Below are positions 35,699 through 45,576 of a DNA stretch of 64,000 nucleotides, in pieces. Positions within the stretch are counted from its first letter, which is position 1, and the number at the start of each line of letters is the position of its first letter. Under the pieces are notes generated by a model. That model was not told the DNA's origin and ran no database searches. It was given only the letters and a program-made list of their open reading frames with translations. Source of the DNA: Clostridiales bacterium (GTDB lineage Bacteria > Bacillota > Clostridia > Christensenellales > UBA1242); NCBI GenBank assembly GCA_015055745.1, contig SVHS01000003.1:61655-125654 (forward strand), given 5' to 3'. Made by a program: the position numbers and the translations under genes.

Positions 35699-38232
35699 TA
35701 ATCTATCCTTTTAAGAGTGAAGCACTCGATGATATCGCCTTCGTTTACTTCGTCAAAGTTTGTCTTGATACCACATTCTCTATCTTTGCCTGCTTCTTTT
35801 ACATCGTCTTTTACTATCTTTAGAGAACGAATCTCTGTAGTAGATAATAACTCTCCATTTCTATATATCTTTGCATGCTCACCACGTACGATTTTACCGT
35901 CTCGCACAATAGAACCTGCGACGATACCAGCATTTGATAGCTTAAATACAGCGATAACTTCGGCTTTGCCAAGATATACTTCCTCATATTTTGGCTCTTT
36001 CATACCTTTGACCACTCTTTCTAACTCATCAAGCAATTCATAGATAATCTTGTATGAATATATCTTAATCTTCATTCTCTCAGCCAAGGTCTTCACTTTA
36101 CTATCTTGACCGATATTGAATGCTACGACCATAGCATTAGAAGCATTAGCAAGTATCAAATCACTCTCGCTAACAGCACCCACACCACTATGAAGGATAT
36201 TTATTTTGACTTCATCATTTACTAGCTTCATTATAGATGATTTAATAGCCTCTAGTGAACCATGAACATCTGTCTTCAATACGACATTTAATATCTTCAT
36301 ATCTTTTTCACTAGTCTTTTGTAATAAGTCTTCCAACGTATTACCGCCGCTACCTTTGATCAACTCTTCTTTCTGCTTTGCCTTTCTTTCTTCTACGATT
36401 TGCTTTGATAGTTTCTCATCTACAGCTGTAAATGTCTGACCTGCCTGAGGGACTTCGTTGAAGCCTAATACAGTGACAGGCATAGAAGGTGTAGCGATTT
36501 TTACTTGCTTGTTGTATTCATCAACCATAGCTTTTACTTTACAGATAGCTGTACCTGATACAATAGTATCTCCGACGTGCAATGAACCATCTCTTACTAT
36601 CAATGATGCTATAGCACCTCGACCTTTATCAAGTCTTGACTCAATAATAGTACCAATAGCTGACACATCAGGATTTGCTTTAAGGCCCTGCATATCCGCT
36701 ACCAAAAGTATGGTCTCCAAAAGCTTATCTATACCCTCACCAGTACGAGCAGAAATCTTACAAATGATAGCGTCTCCGCCCCATGCTTCTGGCAAAACAT
36801 TATGCTCAGCTAATTGTTGCATAATCCTATCTGGATCTGCCTGAGGCTTATCCATCTTGTTGATAGCTACTATCATAGGGATATTTGCTGACTTGATATG
36901 ATTGATAGCTTCTACAGTCTGAGGCATGATACCATCATCAGCTGCTACTATCAATATAGCGATATCTGTGACTGAAGCACCTCTAGCACGCATAGCTGTA
37001 AATGCTTCGTGTCCTGGAGTGTCGATAAATGTAATAAACTTATCATCTACCTTGACTCTATAAGCACCGATAGCTTGAGTGATACCACCTGCTTCGCCTT
37101 CTGTCACCTTCTCTTTCCTAATATAGTCAAGCAAGCTAGTCTTACCATGATCCACGTGACCCATTACTGTCACGATAGGTGGACGGACTACTGCATCTGC
37201 CTCATCGTATGAGCGAATATCTTCTTGAAGGTCTTTTAGCTTTTCTTCGCTTGTCTTGTCTAGCTTCTGATGTAGCTCTATACCCATATCTGACATCACT
37301 AGCTCTGCTGTAGCGAAGTCAATAGTAGAATTTATAGTCACCATCATACCGAGTATCATAAACTTCTTGATGATTTCACTGACTGGCTTACCACTCATCT
37401 CAGACAATAGCTTGATAGTGATATTGTCAGTAGTAAGTGTGACTGGACCTTGTGGTCTATCTACCACCTGAGTAGTGGTATCTTTCTTTTTAGTCCTTAA
37501 TTTTCTATTTAATACTCTATCTTCGTCACCTGTCTCGAGCATACCTCTCTTCATCAAGTCACGCTTTGAATACTGTCTCTTTTCCTCAAATCTCTCGCCA
37601 TCTTTCTTTTTGTTTACAAATGATCTAGCAGGACTAGCTGTGATGATAGGCTGAGAATAGTTTATACTTGGTCTAGTAGCAGGCTTTTGTCCTGGCTTGA
37701 AGTTTGGATTGCTTGGTCTATTTTGATTGAACGGTCTACCCTGATTTTGTCCTTGACCTTGTCTAAAGTTATTATTATATGGTCTATTTTGAGAATTGAA
37801 GTTTCTATTTTGATTATTGTTAGAATAACGATTGTTTTGATCTCTATTGTATCCTTGACGATTGTCAAAGCGATTGTTTTGATTGTTGTATCTAGGATTC
37901 CTATCAGCATTATTGCGATTTGGTCTATCATGATTTTGAGTAAAAGTAGGTGCTGGCTTTACTGGCTCAGGCTTTGATACAGGCTGTGAAACAACAGGAG
38001 TAGGCTCTACTACTTCTTTATTCTCCTCTACTTTAGCCTTAGCCGACATAGCCTTTGACTCTTCTAGTATCAAAGAGTTTTCTTTATCCTTGACTGAACG
38101 AGTGAGGCTACTCATCTCCATTTTTAGATTGTAAAACTTCTCGGCAAGGCTAATTAATTCCTTGTCTTTTACCATAGATTGCAACTGCTTGATTGCTCTA
38201 TTAAATTCTTGATTTTTAGTTACGTTAGCCAA
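35698..38232 (-). CDS. infB: Translation initiation factor IF-2 (TTG start)
   Basis: G domain [28 protein letters not shown], and C-terminal domains. The start codon at 38232 is TTG, with an AAGGAGAA SD 8 nt upstream. The N-terminal region carries an N/Q/R-rich low-complexity tract. Confidence 0.95.
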   Translation of the reverse strand: MANVTKNQEFNRAIKQLQSMVKDKELISLAEKFYNLKMEMSSLTRSVKDKENSLILEESKAMSAKAKVEENKEVVEPTPVVSQPVSKPEPVKPAPTFTQNHDRPNRNNADRNPRYNNQNNRFDNRQGYNRDQNNRYSNNNQNRNFNSQNRPYNNNFRQGQGQNQGRPFNQNRPSNPNFKPGQKPATRPSINYSQPIITASPARSFVNKKKDGERFEEKRQYSKRDLMKRGMLETGDEDRVLNRKLRTKKKDTTTQVVDRPQGPVTLTTDNITIKLLSEMSGKPVSEIIKKFMILGMMVTINSTIDFATAELVMSDMGIELHQKLDKTSEEKLKDLQEDIRSYDEADAVVRPPIVTVMGHVDHGKTSLLDYIRKEKVTEGEAGGITQAIGAYRVKVDDKFITFIDTPGHEAFTAMRARGASVTDIAILIVAADDGIMPQTVEAINHIKSANIPMIVAINKMDKPQADPDRIMQQLAEHNVLPEAWGGDAIICKISARTGEGIDKLLETILLVADMQGLKANPDVSAIGTIIESRLDKGRGAIASLIVRDGSLHVGDTIVSGTAICKVKAMVDEYNKQVKIATPSMPVTVLGFNEVPQAGQTFTAVDEKLSKQIVEERKAKQKEELIKGSGGNTLEDLLQKTSEKDMKILNVVLKTDVHGSLEAIKSSIMKLVNDEVKINILHSGVGAVSESDLILANASNAMVVAFNIGQDSKVKTLAERMKIKIYSYKIIYELLDELERVVKGMKEPKYEEVYLGKAEVIAVFKLSNAGIVAGSIVRDGKIVRGEHAKIYRNGELLSTTEIRSLKIVKDDVKEAGKDRECGIKTNFDEVNEGDIIECFTLKRID

Positions 38233-38542
38233 TACTGATTTTCTCCTTATTATTTAATATCGCTTTACTTAAATTTTCATCTGTCAGACCTATAATTTTA
38301 ATATCTGCTATATGAGTGAGCTCGCTAAGCTCGACATTACTCACGATATATTCGCAAGAGTGTCGCAAAGATAGATTTTTAGCCAAATTTTTAAGATTAT
38401 CACTAGCAGTATGACTCACCATGATGAGATATAGTGATTTGTCATATCGCTTTAGTGGTGTCTGACCTGTGATGATATTTTTTGACTTTATAGCGAACCC
38501 TAAATAACTAATTATTTTGTTCATACGCTCCCAATTTTTCAT
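38225..38542 (-). CDS. ylxQ: L7Ae-family RNA-binding protein YlxQ
   Basis: Position between ylxR and infB; ..GFAIKSKNIITGQ... is L7Ae-like. The start is uncertain (ATG 38542 or 38524). Confidence 0.8.
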   Translation of the reverse strand: MKNWERMNKIISYLGFAIKSKNIITGQTPLKRYDKSLYLIMVSHTASDNLKNLAKNLSLRHSCEYIVSNVELSELTHIADIKIIGLTDENLSKAILNNKEKISIG

Positions 38543-38765
38543 AAATGGAATGCTCTAGATTTGACTTGAATGCTCTATTGAGCAAATGCTTTTTGATAGT
38601 CAACTCTATACATTTGCGATCCTTACATATATATGCTCCGCGACCGCCTAATTTCTGCTCTGAGTCTATAGTGATCATACCATCGATACGAGTGACTCTT
38701 AGCAAATCTTTTTGTTGTTTTGTCTCATGACATGCCACACATCTTCTATCTTGTTTGATATGCAT
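38508..38765 (-). CDS. ylxR: YlxR (DUF448) RNA-binding protein
   Basis: RRCVACHETKQQKDLLRV...GRGAYIC signature. AAGGAG SD. Confidence 0.88.
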   Translation of the reverse strand: MHIKQDRRCVACHETKQQKDLLRVTRIDGMITIDSEQKLGGRGAYICKDRKCIELTIKKHLLNRAFKSNLEHSIYEKLGAYEQNN

Positions 38766-38773
38766 GATACTCC

Positions 38774-39904
38774 TTACTCATCGATATCACTAAAGAAATC
38801 GTCATCTAAAATGATATTTGCATTGTTTGTACTCAAGACATCATTTGTCTTGCTAGGAGCTACTGTCTGGGCTGTAGCAGGCTTTACATCTATCTTATAG
38901 CCAGTAAGCTTAGCTGCAAGGCGTACATTATGACCACCTTTACCGATAGCTAGAGAAAGCTTGCTCTCTGGTACCAATACATTTGCCACACCAGCTGCTG
39001 TATCGACAGTGATCTCACTCACCTCAGCTGGGCTTAAAGCTGATACGATATAGTCAGCTGGGTTTTCGCTATAATTGATAATATCAATCTTCTCACCATT
39101 TAATTCGTTGATGACAGAATTGATCCTAGCACCTTTATTACCGATACAAGCACCTACTGCGTCAAGGTTAGCTACACTAGTAGATACAGCTATCTTGGTA
39201 CGAAGACCAGCTTCTCTTACCAAGCCGACGATAGTCACTTCACCATTGTTTAACTCTGGGACTTCCATCTCTAGTAGCATCTTCACAAAGTTTGGATGAG
39301 TACGAGTCACTTGCACTACTGTACCTCTAAAGTCATCTTTGATGTGACGGACATATACCTTGACTCTGTCACCTGGCTTTAGATTGTCACTAGGCAGCAT
39401 ATCACGCTTTGTGAGCAATCCCTCAAGAGTAGTACCACCAATCTCAAGATAGACGTTATCTACATCTAAACGTTTCACATTAGCTACTATAATCTTGCCT
39501 TCTTTCTCAGCTATGTCTTTGTATATAGACTGCTTCTCTATCTCTTTGATCTTTTGAGTGATGACTTGCTTCGCTGTCTGGACTGCGATACGGTTGAAAT
39601 CCTTGGTGCTCTCTTCTTGCATCACCATATCACCTAGCTTGTATGCGTGCTTTATCTGTCTAGCGTCTTCTAGGCTGATCTCTTTTTCTTCGTCCTCGAC
39701 ATTCTCCACTACTGTCCTATAAGAATAAATCTTGATAGTATGTTTCTCTGGATTCAATTTTACTTGGGCATTGCGAGCCATACCGCTATTTTTCTTATAA
39801 GCTGCTGTCAATGCTTGCTCGAGGGCTTGGATAAATACTTCCTCGTTGATACCTCTCTCTGTCTCTAAATCTTTCAATGCTTCAAAAAAGTCTTTGTTTA
39901 TCAT
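38774..39904 (-). CDS. nusA: Transcription termination/antitermination factor NusA
   Basis: N-terminal domain, S1 and two KH domains (..ACIGNKGARINSV.., ..LAIGKGGHNVRLAAKLTG..). Confidence 0.95.
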   Translation of the reverse strand: MINKDFFEALKDLETERGINEEVFIQALEQALTAAYKKNSGMARNAQVKLNPEKHTIKIYSYRTVVENVEDEEKEISLEDARQIKHAYKLGDMVMQEESTKDFNRIAVQTAKQVITQKIKEIEKQSIYKDIAEKEGKIIVANVKRLDVDNVYLEIGGTTLEGLLTKRDMLPSDNLKPGDRVKVYVRHIKDDFRGTVVQVTRTHPNFVKMLLEMEVPELNNGEVTIVGLVREAGLRTKIAVSTSVANLDAVGACIGNKGARINSVINELNGEKIDIINYSENPADYIVSALSPAEVSEITVDTAAGVANVLVPESKLSLAIGKGGHNVRLAAKLTGYKIDVKPATAQTVAPSKTNDVLSTNNANIILDDDFFSDIDE

Positions 39905-39922
39905 AATCTCTCCTTATCTTGC

Positions 39923-40375
39923 TTAAAATTCTATATATGGTATAATGTATGCCACATCTTTTAAATTAATAGAAATGTTTTCATCATCTACTGCTAGAGT
40001 GACAGTCTCTTCATCCTTAGCTTTCAATACAGCCACAAACTCTTTCCTATCATCTATCTTCCTATAAAGCTTCACTGTCACTTTCTTGTCATAGTATTTT
40101 TTGTACTGCCAGTCATACTTCAATGGCTTGTCTAAACCGTAAGATGATATATCTAGAAAATATGGCTCATCATTGGTAGGATTGAGCTCCTCCAATGGCT
40201 CATCTATCAGCCTAGACACCTCGACACAGTCATCTACAGTCACACCACTCTCTTTTTCGATATATATGGTGAGGTGCATACCGTCATTTTTCTTGGCATA
40301 CTCGACATCTACGAGTGTAATATCTCTTGTAAACAATGGCTGAATCTTCTCATATACTAAATCTGAAACCTTCAT
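39923..40375 (-). CDS. rimP: Ribosome maturation factor RimP
   Basis: 150 aa, first gene of the nusA-infB operon, ..LVDVEY.....L.IYI.. pattern. Confidence 0.88.
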   Translation of the reverse strand: MKVSDLVYEKIQPLFTRDITLVDVEYAKKNDGMHLTIYIEKESGVTVDDCVEVSRLIDEPLEELNPTNDEPYFLDISSYGLDKPLKYDWQYKKYYDKKVTVKLYRKIDDRKEFVAVLKAKDEETVTLAVDDENISINLKDVAYIIPYIEF

Positions 40376-40391
40376 TTATCACATTTCTCCC

Positions 40392-40426
40392 TTAAAAATC
40401 AAGCAGGAGTGGCACTGGCCACTCCT
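40392..40426 (-). promoter_or_regulatory. Leader hairpin plus interrupted U-tract (attenuator-like) in the rimP-nusA-infB 5' UTR
   Basis: On the minus strand: AGGAGUGGC-CAGU-GCCACUCCU (9 bp, GC-rich) followed by GCUUGAUUUUUAAGGGAG. It lies between the predicted promoter and the rimP SD. Confidence 0.5.
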
Positions 40427-40439
40427 AGTAATCATCAGT

Positions 40440-40468
40440 ATTATAGCATATTATTTTTAAATAATCAA
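40440..40468 (-). promoter_or_regulatory. Promoter of rimP-nusA-infB operon
   Basis: The minus strand reads TTGATT (40468-40463), 17 nt, TATAAT (40445-40440). Confidence 0.6.
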
Positions 40469-40474
40469 TACTTT

Positions 40475-42001
40475 TTACATTAATTTTATAAAAACTTTTG
40501 CGGTGGCGGTAGCATCGTTTATAGCTCTATGAGCATTATCCAACACTACATTTAGCCTCTCTACTATTGTGCCAAGTTTGTAATTTTTTAATCCTGGTAA
40601 TTTTTCTTTTGCCATAGCCATAGTATCTTTAGTCTGATGATCAAAAGAATATGACAATTTCTTAGAAATATTATGCACAAAAGATATATCAAAAGCTATA
40701 TTGTGAGCGACCAATGTACTGCCATAACAAAACTTATAAAAATCAGGCATGACATAATTGATCGTCGGCGCGTTCTCCACCATACTGTCATCAATACCAG
40801 TGAGCTCAGTGATCTCCTTAGGGATATGACGACTCGGCTTTACGAATGTGGAGAAAGTCTCTGAAATCCTACCGTTTTCTATCTTGCAAGCACCGATCTC
40901 TATGATCTCATCTTTGTTTGCCTCTAGACCTGTGGTCTCTAGGTCAAATACTACATATGTACCTTCAAAAGTCTTTTCTTCTTCATCAAACAATCCGCTC
41001 TGCTCATAATCGATATATTCTTGAGGGAAAACTGTGTGATAATCCTCGTTTACTTGCTTTAATCCTGAGCGTATTTCTTCTCTTTTGTATTCGCATCTAG
41101 CAATAGAATTGGCTGTAAAATTCAGTTTGCCATTAAACTCTCTAAATGAGCCAAAACAACAAACGCGCATACCTACTTCTATCAAGTCACCTTTTATCTC
41201 GTCATGTTGCTTCGGAAATATGGAGCAATATAAGACTTTGCCCTCGTTTTTGATAGAGAAACTATAGTACACTCTCTCTATCTCTTTGTTGTCGCCATTA
41301 CGATTTAATTTCCTGACATAAGCACGCTTTTGGACCGTGGTGACTTCGCCGCAAATCACTACATTCTCTACCATATTTTTTACTTTGGTAAAATCTATAG
41401 CTAAAGTATATTCATTTTTACCTATAATATCAGCTATATTTGATATCTCATAGACAGTCTTTTCCTCTGCCTCTTTGATGCTAGCCATGAGCTCCATATT
41501 CTTGGCAATCTGATTGGAGCAATCTATATCATCATCTTTTTTGTCAAACTCTATAGTAAAATCAGCAAAAAAGCTATCTCTTAATTGATCCGCTATGAAC
41601 GTCTCTCTATTTAGGCTAGTGGCATGCTCATAGCTAGAAGGGATTAGCCTAAGTGTCACTTTTACTTTCATATCCGTGATATCTACTGTCACATCGTCAT
41701 AGGTGAAATTTTTGGACAAAGCTGGGAAATTATTTACTATAGTGGTATATGTATGATTGGCAATCGCCCTTTTGTCTAACGGACAGCTGGTAAATATCAA
41801 GCGATAAGTGACGAATGCGCCTATGATATCCTTCAATTTCTCCACAATAGCCAATTTAATCTCGTCTGTAGGCATAAAAGACTCTGGATTGAATAAAAAA
41901 TTGACTGTACAGGTATTGTCTTTCTCTGTATAAACTGCATCTTTTAGCTTCAATCCTCTATATAAATTATCAAAAATGTCTATCGTATCTTTCACGATCA
42001 T
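40475..42001 (-). CDS. PolC-like protein: N-terminal region plus OB-like segment plus DEDDh 3'-5' exonuclease, with no PHP or polymerase domains
   Basis: Exo I VVFDLETTGL, Exo II LVAHNIAFDISF, Exo III HRAINDATATAKVF. The protein ends 7 residues after Exo III. Upstream, VICGEVTTVQKR...LYCSIFPKQ...GMRVCCFGSF resembles the PolC OB insert. It occupies the rseP/rimP slot normally held by polC. The start may be the in-frame GTG at 41995 (see promoter). Confidence 0.75.
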   Translation of the reverse strand: MIVKDTIDIFDNLYRGLKLKDAVYTEKDNTCTVNFLFNPESFMPTDEIKLAIVEKLKDIIGAFVTYRLIFTSCPLDKRAIANHTYTTIVNNFPALSKNFTYDDVTVDITDMKVKVTLRLIPSSYEHATSLNRETFIADQLRDSFFADFTIEFDKKDDDIDCSNQIAKNMELMASIKEAEEKTVYEISNIADIIGKNEYTLAIDFTKVKNMVENVVICGEVTTVQKRAYVRKLNRNGDNKEIERVYYSFSIKNEGKVLYCSIFPKQHDEIKGDLIEVGMRVCCFGSFREFNGKLNFTANSIARCEYKREEIRSGLKQVNEDYHTVFPQEYIDYEQSGLFDEEEKTFEGTYVVFDLETTGLEANKDEIIEIGACKIENGRISETFSTFVKPSRHIPKEITELTGIDDSMVENAPTINYVMPDFYKFCYGSTLVAHNIAFDISFVHNISKKLSYSFDHQTKDTMAMAKEKLPGLKNYKLGTIVERLNVVLDNAHRAINDATATAKVFIKLM

Positions 42002-42030
42002 ATTATATCAAAAAAAATTGAGAGTGTCAA
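42002..42030 (-). promoter_or_regulatory. Perfect consensus sigma-A promoter embedded in the rseP terminator
   Basis: The minus strand reads TTGACA (42030-42025), 17 nt, (TGA)TATAAT (42007-42002). The -10 abuts the annotated ATG, and an in-frame GTG lies 6 nt downstream of the -10. Confidence 0.6.
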
Positions 42031-42040
42031 CCACTCTCAA
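42010..42040 (-). terminator. Strong intrinsic terminator of rseP
   Basis: On the minus strand: UUGAGAGUG-GUUGA-CACUCUCAA followed by U8, directly after the TGA stop. Confidence 0.85.
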
Positions 42041-43201
42041 TCATAGTACAAACTGTAAAATATCGACTACTATCACAAAGCCCAATAAGACGAATAAACC
42101 GATATTATTTATCATGTTTACCAATTCTCTCTTTATCGGCTTTTTCCTAATCCACTCTATGGTCACAAATATCATTTGGAAACCATCTAGAGCAGGTATT
42201 GGCAATAGATTGAATACTGCTAAGTTTACCGCTATCAAGGGAAGCAACAACACCAATAGATTTTGCTGAGTAAAATTAGCTATCATATTGATGGTAGTGA
42301 CAGGTCCTCCAAGAGAAGTGATGGCTAGCTGACCTGTAATCAATTGTCCAAATATTACCAAAACTTTCCAAGCCCATTTGCAAGTAAATGGTACGGCCTC
42401 TCTCACACTCTCCCAAAAGCTGTATTTATAATTACCAATATTGAATTCTGCAATATCTTCTTCATGCGTAGACATGAGCGACCAGCCTGCATACTCACCC
42501 TTATCATTGTAGATAGTATTGATATATCCTTCTACAGAAGTATACTCACCATCGCGCCTTACATTGAAAGTCATAGGGGTCTTTACCATATAAAAAGTCT
42601 TATTGTCTTTGGAGAAAGAATATTCTGTAGATATGTCTCCCTCATATGCTGAATACTCATCATTAAGGTAATCGCTGATAAGATTGCTGATATAATCATC
42701 GTTTACAAAGTCGATCTGATTGTGCTCAATACCATAGATCATATCACCAGACTGTAATATACCTGCATTGATAGAAGTATCTCCGACATTTTTGACTTCT
42801 ACCAAATCATATCCACTAGAAAGTAGTAAAATAAATGAAAATATGATTGCACTGAGAAAATTGAAGAATGCTCCACTAAATAATACTATGAGACGCTTCC
42901 AAGGCTTTTGATTATTAAAAGCATCTGGGCTTTCTTTACCATCTTCATTCTCTCCTTCAAATGCACAATATCCACCCAACGGAAAAGCTCTAAGACTAAT
43001 CAATTCGCCATTTTTTCGCTTTTTTTGTAATAACTTTGGACCAAAACCTACGCTAAATTCATTGATTTTAAATTTTAGTGCTTTACCTGCGATATAGTGA
43101 CCAAGCTCATGAATCAGTACCATAAATAATAAAACAAGAATGGCTATAAAAATATAGCCAATATACGTAAATACAGATGATACACTCAATAAATTAGTCA
43201 T
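42041..43201 (-). CDS. rseP: RIP zinc metalloprotease RseP (site-2 protease, M50)
   Basis: HELGHYIAG, FPLGGYC, PDZ-like middle region, C-terminal NLLPIPALDG. Confidence 0.93.
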   Translation of the reverse strand: MTNLLSVSSVFTYIGYIFIAILVLLFMVLIHELGHYIAGKALKFKINEFSVGFGPKLLQKKRKNGELISLRAFPLGGYCAFEGENEDGKESPDAFNNQKPWKRLIVLFSGAFFNFLSAIIFSFILLLSSGYDLVEVKNVGDTSINAGILQSGDMIYGIEHNQIDFVNDDYISNLISDYLNDEYSAYEGDISTEYSFSKDNKTFYMVKTPMTFNVRRDGEYTSVEGYINTIYNDKGEYAGWSLMSTHEEDIAEFNIGNYKYSFWESVREAVPFTCKWAWKVLVIFGQLITGQLAITSLGGPVTTINMIANFTQQNLLVLLLPLIAVNLAVFNLLPIPALDGFQMIFVTIEWIRKKPIKRELVNMINNIGLFVLLGFVIVVDILQFVL

Positions 43202-43222
43202 ATAACCTTCTAGTAAAATGTA

Positions 43223-44122
43223 TTACAACAAAATCAAAGATATAACAATATATACAAAAGTCGCCACAAAAATCATAGCATCATATCTATCCAACATACC
43301 GCCATGACCTGGGAATAGATTCCCTGTGTCTTTTATATTTGCATTTCTTTTTATCTTACTCTCAAACAGATCTCCAATCTGACCAAAAATAGATCCAAAT
43401 AGACCAATAAGCAAGAAATGCCACCATGTAAGTGAATGCAAATCTAAAATACCTGCAAAAGCTGGTGCTTTTAATACCAACAAATACACCAACATACTGC
43501 CTGCCACACCACCTATGAGCCCTCCTATAGCACCACTTATAGTCTTGTTTGGGCTGATTTTAGGAGCTAGCTTTGGACCTCGCAATGTAGAACCTACGAG
43601 ATATGCAAATGTATCTGTGAGCATAGTGATAGCAAATATCATAATGAGGAATGCCATGGAGAAATTGTCTACTCCTGCATAATAGTCGATATGATTGATG
43701 TTTAGCATCAAGCACAACAAGAAACTAGGATACATACATGCCAAAATAGTATTGGCCGCAGTGGTAAAGTGTTGCTTAAATGGAGCCTTGCTATCCTTGA
43801 TATACTCTACGAGTAAAACTATCACAAAATACGCCAATAATCCAGCAAACTCTATACATAAAATAACTGGGAAATCAAATTTATTTAGGCACAATATCAA
43901 GACAAGATAATTGAATACACCATACATGGTGCCTAAAAATTTGTTTATCCTCCTATTCATTTTCTCTAAGACATTACAAATCTCAAACCCAGAGACTATC
44001 ACTATAAATAACACAAATATATCAAAAATATATTCGCCTATCGAATACGGCAAAAACTTACTAATCACAACTAATAGTGTAATCAGTACTATAAATACGC
44101 TAGTAATAGTTCTTTGTTTCAT
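43223..44122 (-). CDS. cdsA: Phosphatidate cytidylyltransferase
   Basis: Polytopic. C-terminal signature SKIKRNANIKDTGNLFPGHGGMLDRYD. Confidence 0.92.
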   Translation of the reverse strand: MKQRTITSVFIVLITLLVVISKFLPYSIGEYIFDIFVLFIVIVSGFEICNVLEKMNRRINKFLGTMYGVFNYLVLILCLNKFDFPVILCIEFAGLLAYFVIVLLVEYIKDSKAPFKQHFTTAANTILACMYPSFLLCLMLNINHIDYYAGVDNFSMAFLIMIFAITMLTDTFAYLVGSTLRGPKLAPKISPNKTISGAIGGLIGGVAGSMLVYLLVLKAPAFAGILDLHSLTWWHFLLIGLFGSIFGQIGDLFESKIKRNANIKDTGNLFPGHGGMLDRYDAMIFVATFVYIVISLILL

Positions 44123-44123
44123 A

Positions 44124-44843
44124 CTATCCTTTTATTGCTCCAAATCTACGATTTCTACTCATAAAGACCTTTAAAGCCTTTATTATATCTTTTTTTGTAA
44201 ATGCTGGCCAATGCTTTTTAGGGAAATAAAATTCACTGTAAGTAGATTGCCAAGGCAAGAAATTACTTAGTCTACATTCACCACTCGTCCTAATAATAAA
44301 ATCCAAAGGCAACATATCTGCTGTATATAAATGCCTTTCAAACTTTGTAATGCCAATATCCTTCTCTCCGCTCTCCAATATCTCATTGACAGCACGTAAG
44401 ATTTCTTGACGTCCACCATAATTGATACAAGGATTTAGGATAAAGCCTGTCTTATGCTTGGTAAGCTCCATAATTTCTTTCGCCTTTTTCCTCACATTCT
44501 CAGGTATCCTCTTATCATCCATATTGCCTGAGATATTGATACGTATATCTCTGTCCATATATTCTTTTTTATATTTGTCTAGCATCTCATCAAATAATTG
44601 CATAAGATAATCGACTTCATCTTTTGGTCTATTCCAATTTTCATTGGAAAAACAATAAATAGACAGATTTTTAATACCTAAATCTTGTATAAATTCGATC
44701 TGATCTTGTAGATTATCAAATCCATATCTATGCCCAATACTGCGTATCAAACCTCTTTTCTTCGCCCATCTACCATTGCCATCTATAATGAGACCAATAT
44801 GCTTTGGCATACGAGGGTCATTTTTTATCTTTTCGATATCCAA
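44124..44843 (-). CDS. uppS: Undecaprenyl diphosphate synthase (TTG start)
   Basis: HIGLIIDGNGRWA, ..FSNENW.RP..EV, IRTSGE.RLSNFLPWQ. TTG start with a GGAGG SD 7 nt upstream. Confidence 0.93.
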   Translation of the reverse strand: MDIEKIKNDPRMPKHIGLIIDGNGRWAKKRGLIRSIGHRYGFDNLQDQIEFIQDLGIKNLSIYCFSNENWNRPKDEVDYLMQLFDEMLDKYKKEYMDRDIRINISGNMDDKRIPENVRKKAKEIMELTKHKTGFILNPCINYGGRQEILRAVNEILESGEKDIGITKFERHLYTADMLPLDFIIRTSGECRLSNFLPWQSTYSEFYFPKKHWPAFTKKDIIKALKVFMSRNRRFGAIKG

Positions 44844-44845
44844 TG

Positions 44846-45412
44846 TTAAACCTCCATAATCTCAGCTATCTTTTTCTCACAGCTTGCATCTGCTTTGTCA
44901 GTAAAAGTATCCAATTTTTTCTGTACTTCTTTGTCTAAAGTCGCATAATCGTCTTCGCTGATTTCACTATTTTTCTTCATGTCTTTAAATACATCTAGAC
45001 AATCACGACGAGCATTTCTCATGGCAATCTTCGCTTCTTCCAAAAGCTTCTTGGCGTCTTTTGTGTATTCTCTTCTCCTCTCTTCTGTAAGCATAGGGAA
45101 TCCCACACGGATAATCTTACCATCATCACTGACAGACACGCCTAGATTGGCTGACTCGATACCTATCTTGATATCTCTTAGAGTGCTCACATCATACGGT
45201 GTCACGACCAACATTCTAGCGTCTTGTACTGTGATATTGCTAGTCTGCATAAGTGGTGCTCTAGTGCCATAATAGTCTACCTTGATGTTTTCGATAAGTC
45301 TAGGATTGGCTCTACCTACCCTAATAGTCAAAAACTCATCTAATAATCTATCGTATTGTTTATTTAAATTGTCCTCAAACTCCATAAGAGTCATCTCTAC
45401 CATTTCGTTCAT
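44846..45412 (-). CDS. frr: Ribosome recycling factor
   Basis: ..LDEFLTIRVGRANPRLIENIKVDYYG.. and ..LTEERRREY.K.AK...E. Confidence 0.94.
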   Translation of the reverse strand: MNEMVEMTLMEFEDNLNKQYDRLLDEFLTIRVGRANPRLIENIKVDYYGTRAPLMQTSNITVQDARMLVVTPYDVSTLRDIKIGIESANLGVSVSDDGKIIRVGFPMLTEERRREYTKDAKKLLEEAKIAMRNARRDCLDVFKDMKKNSEISEDDYATLDKEVQKKLDTFTDKADASCEKKIAEIMEV

Positions 45413-45490
45413 TAAAATCTCCTTATTTCTTAATATATTCCATATTCTAAATATATTAAAATACTCCTAAATGTATAATAGCGAATTTTT

Positions 45491-45520
45491 TAAAAAATAG
45501 CAAGTAAAATCACTTGCTAT
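45491..45520 (-). terminator. Intrinsic terminator after tsf
   Basis: On the minus strand: AUAGCAAGU-GAUUUU-ACUUGCUAU followed by UUUUUU. Confidence 0.75.
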
Positions 45521-45576
45521 TTCCTTTTAGACCTTATATTTCTTGCCTCAGCGCATCTTCTCAAAATCAACCTATA

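Noticed and set aside
37662-37977. Two ~90-aa ORFs (both strands) inside infB
   Set aside because: They are artefacts of the imperfect tandem repeats that encode the N/Q/R-rich tract of IF2.
38363-38381. TCGCAAAGATAGATTTTTA, which resembles the intergenic repeat core, inside ylxQ
   Set aside because: It lacks the TTTTTTA prefix and the second half-site, and it lies within coding sequence. Probably coincidental.
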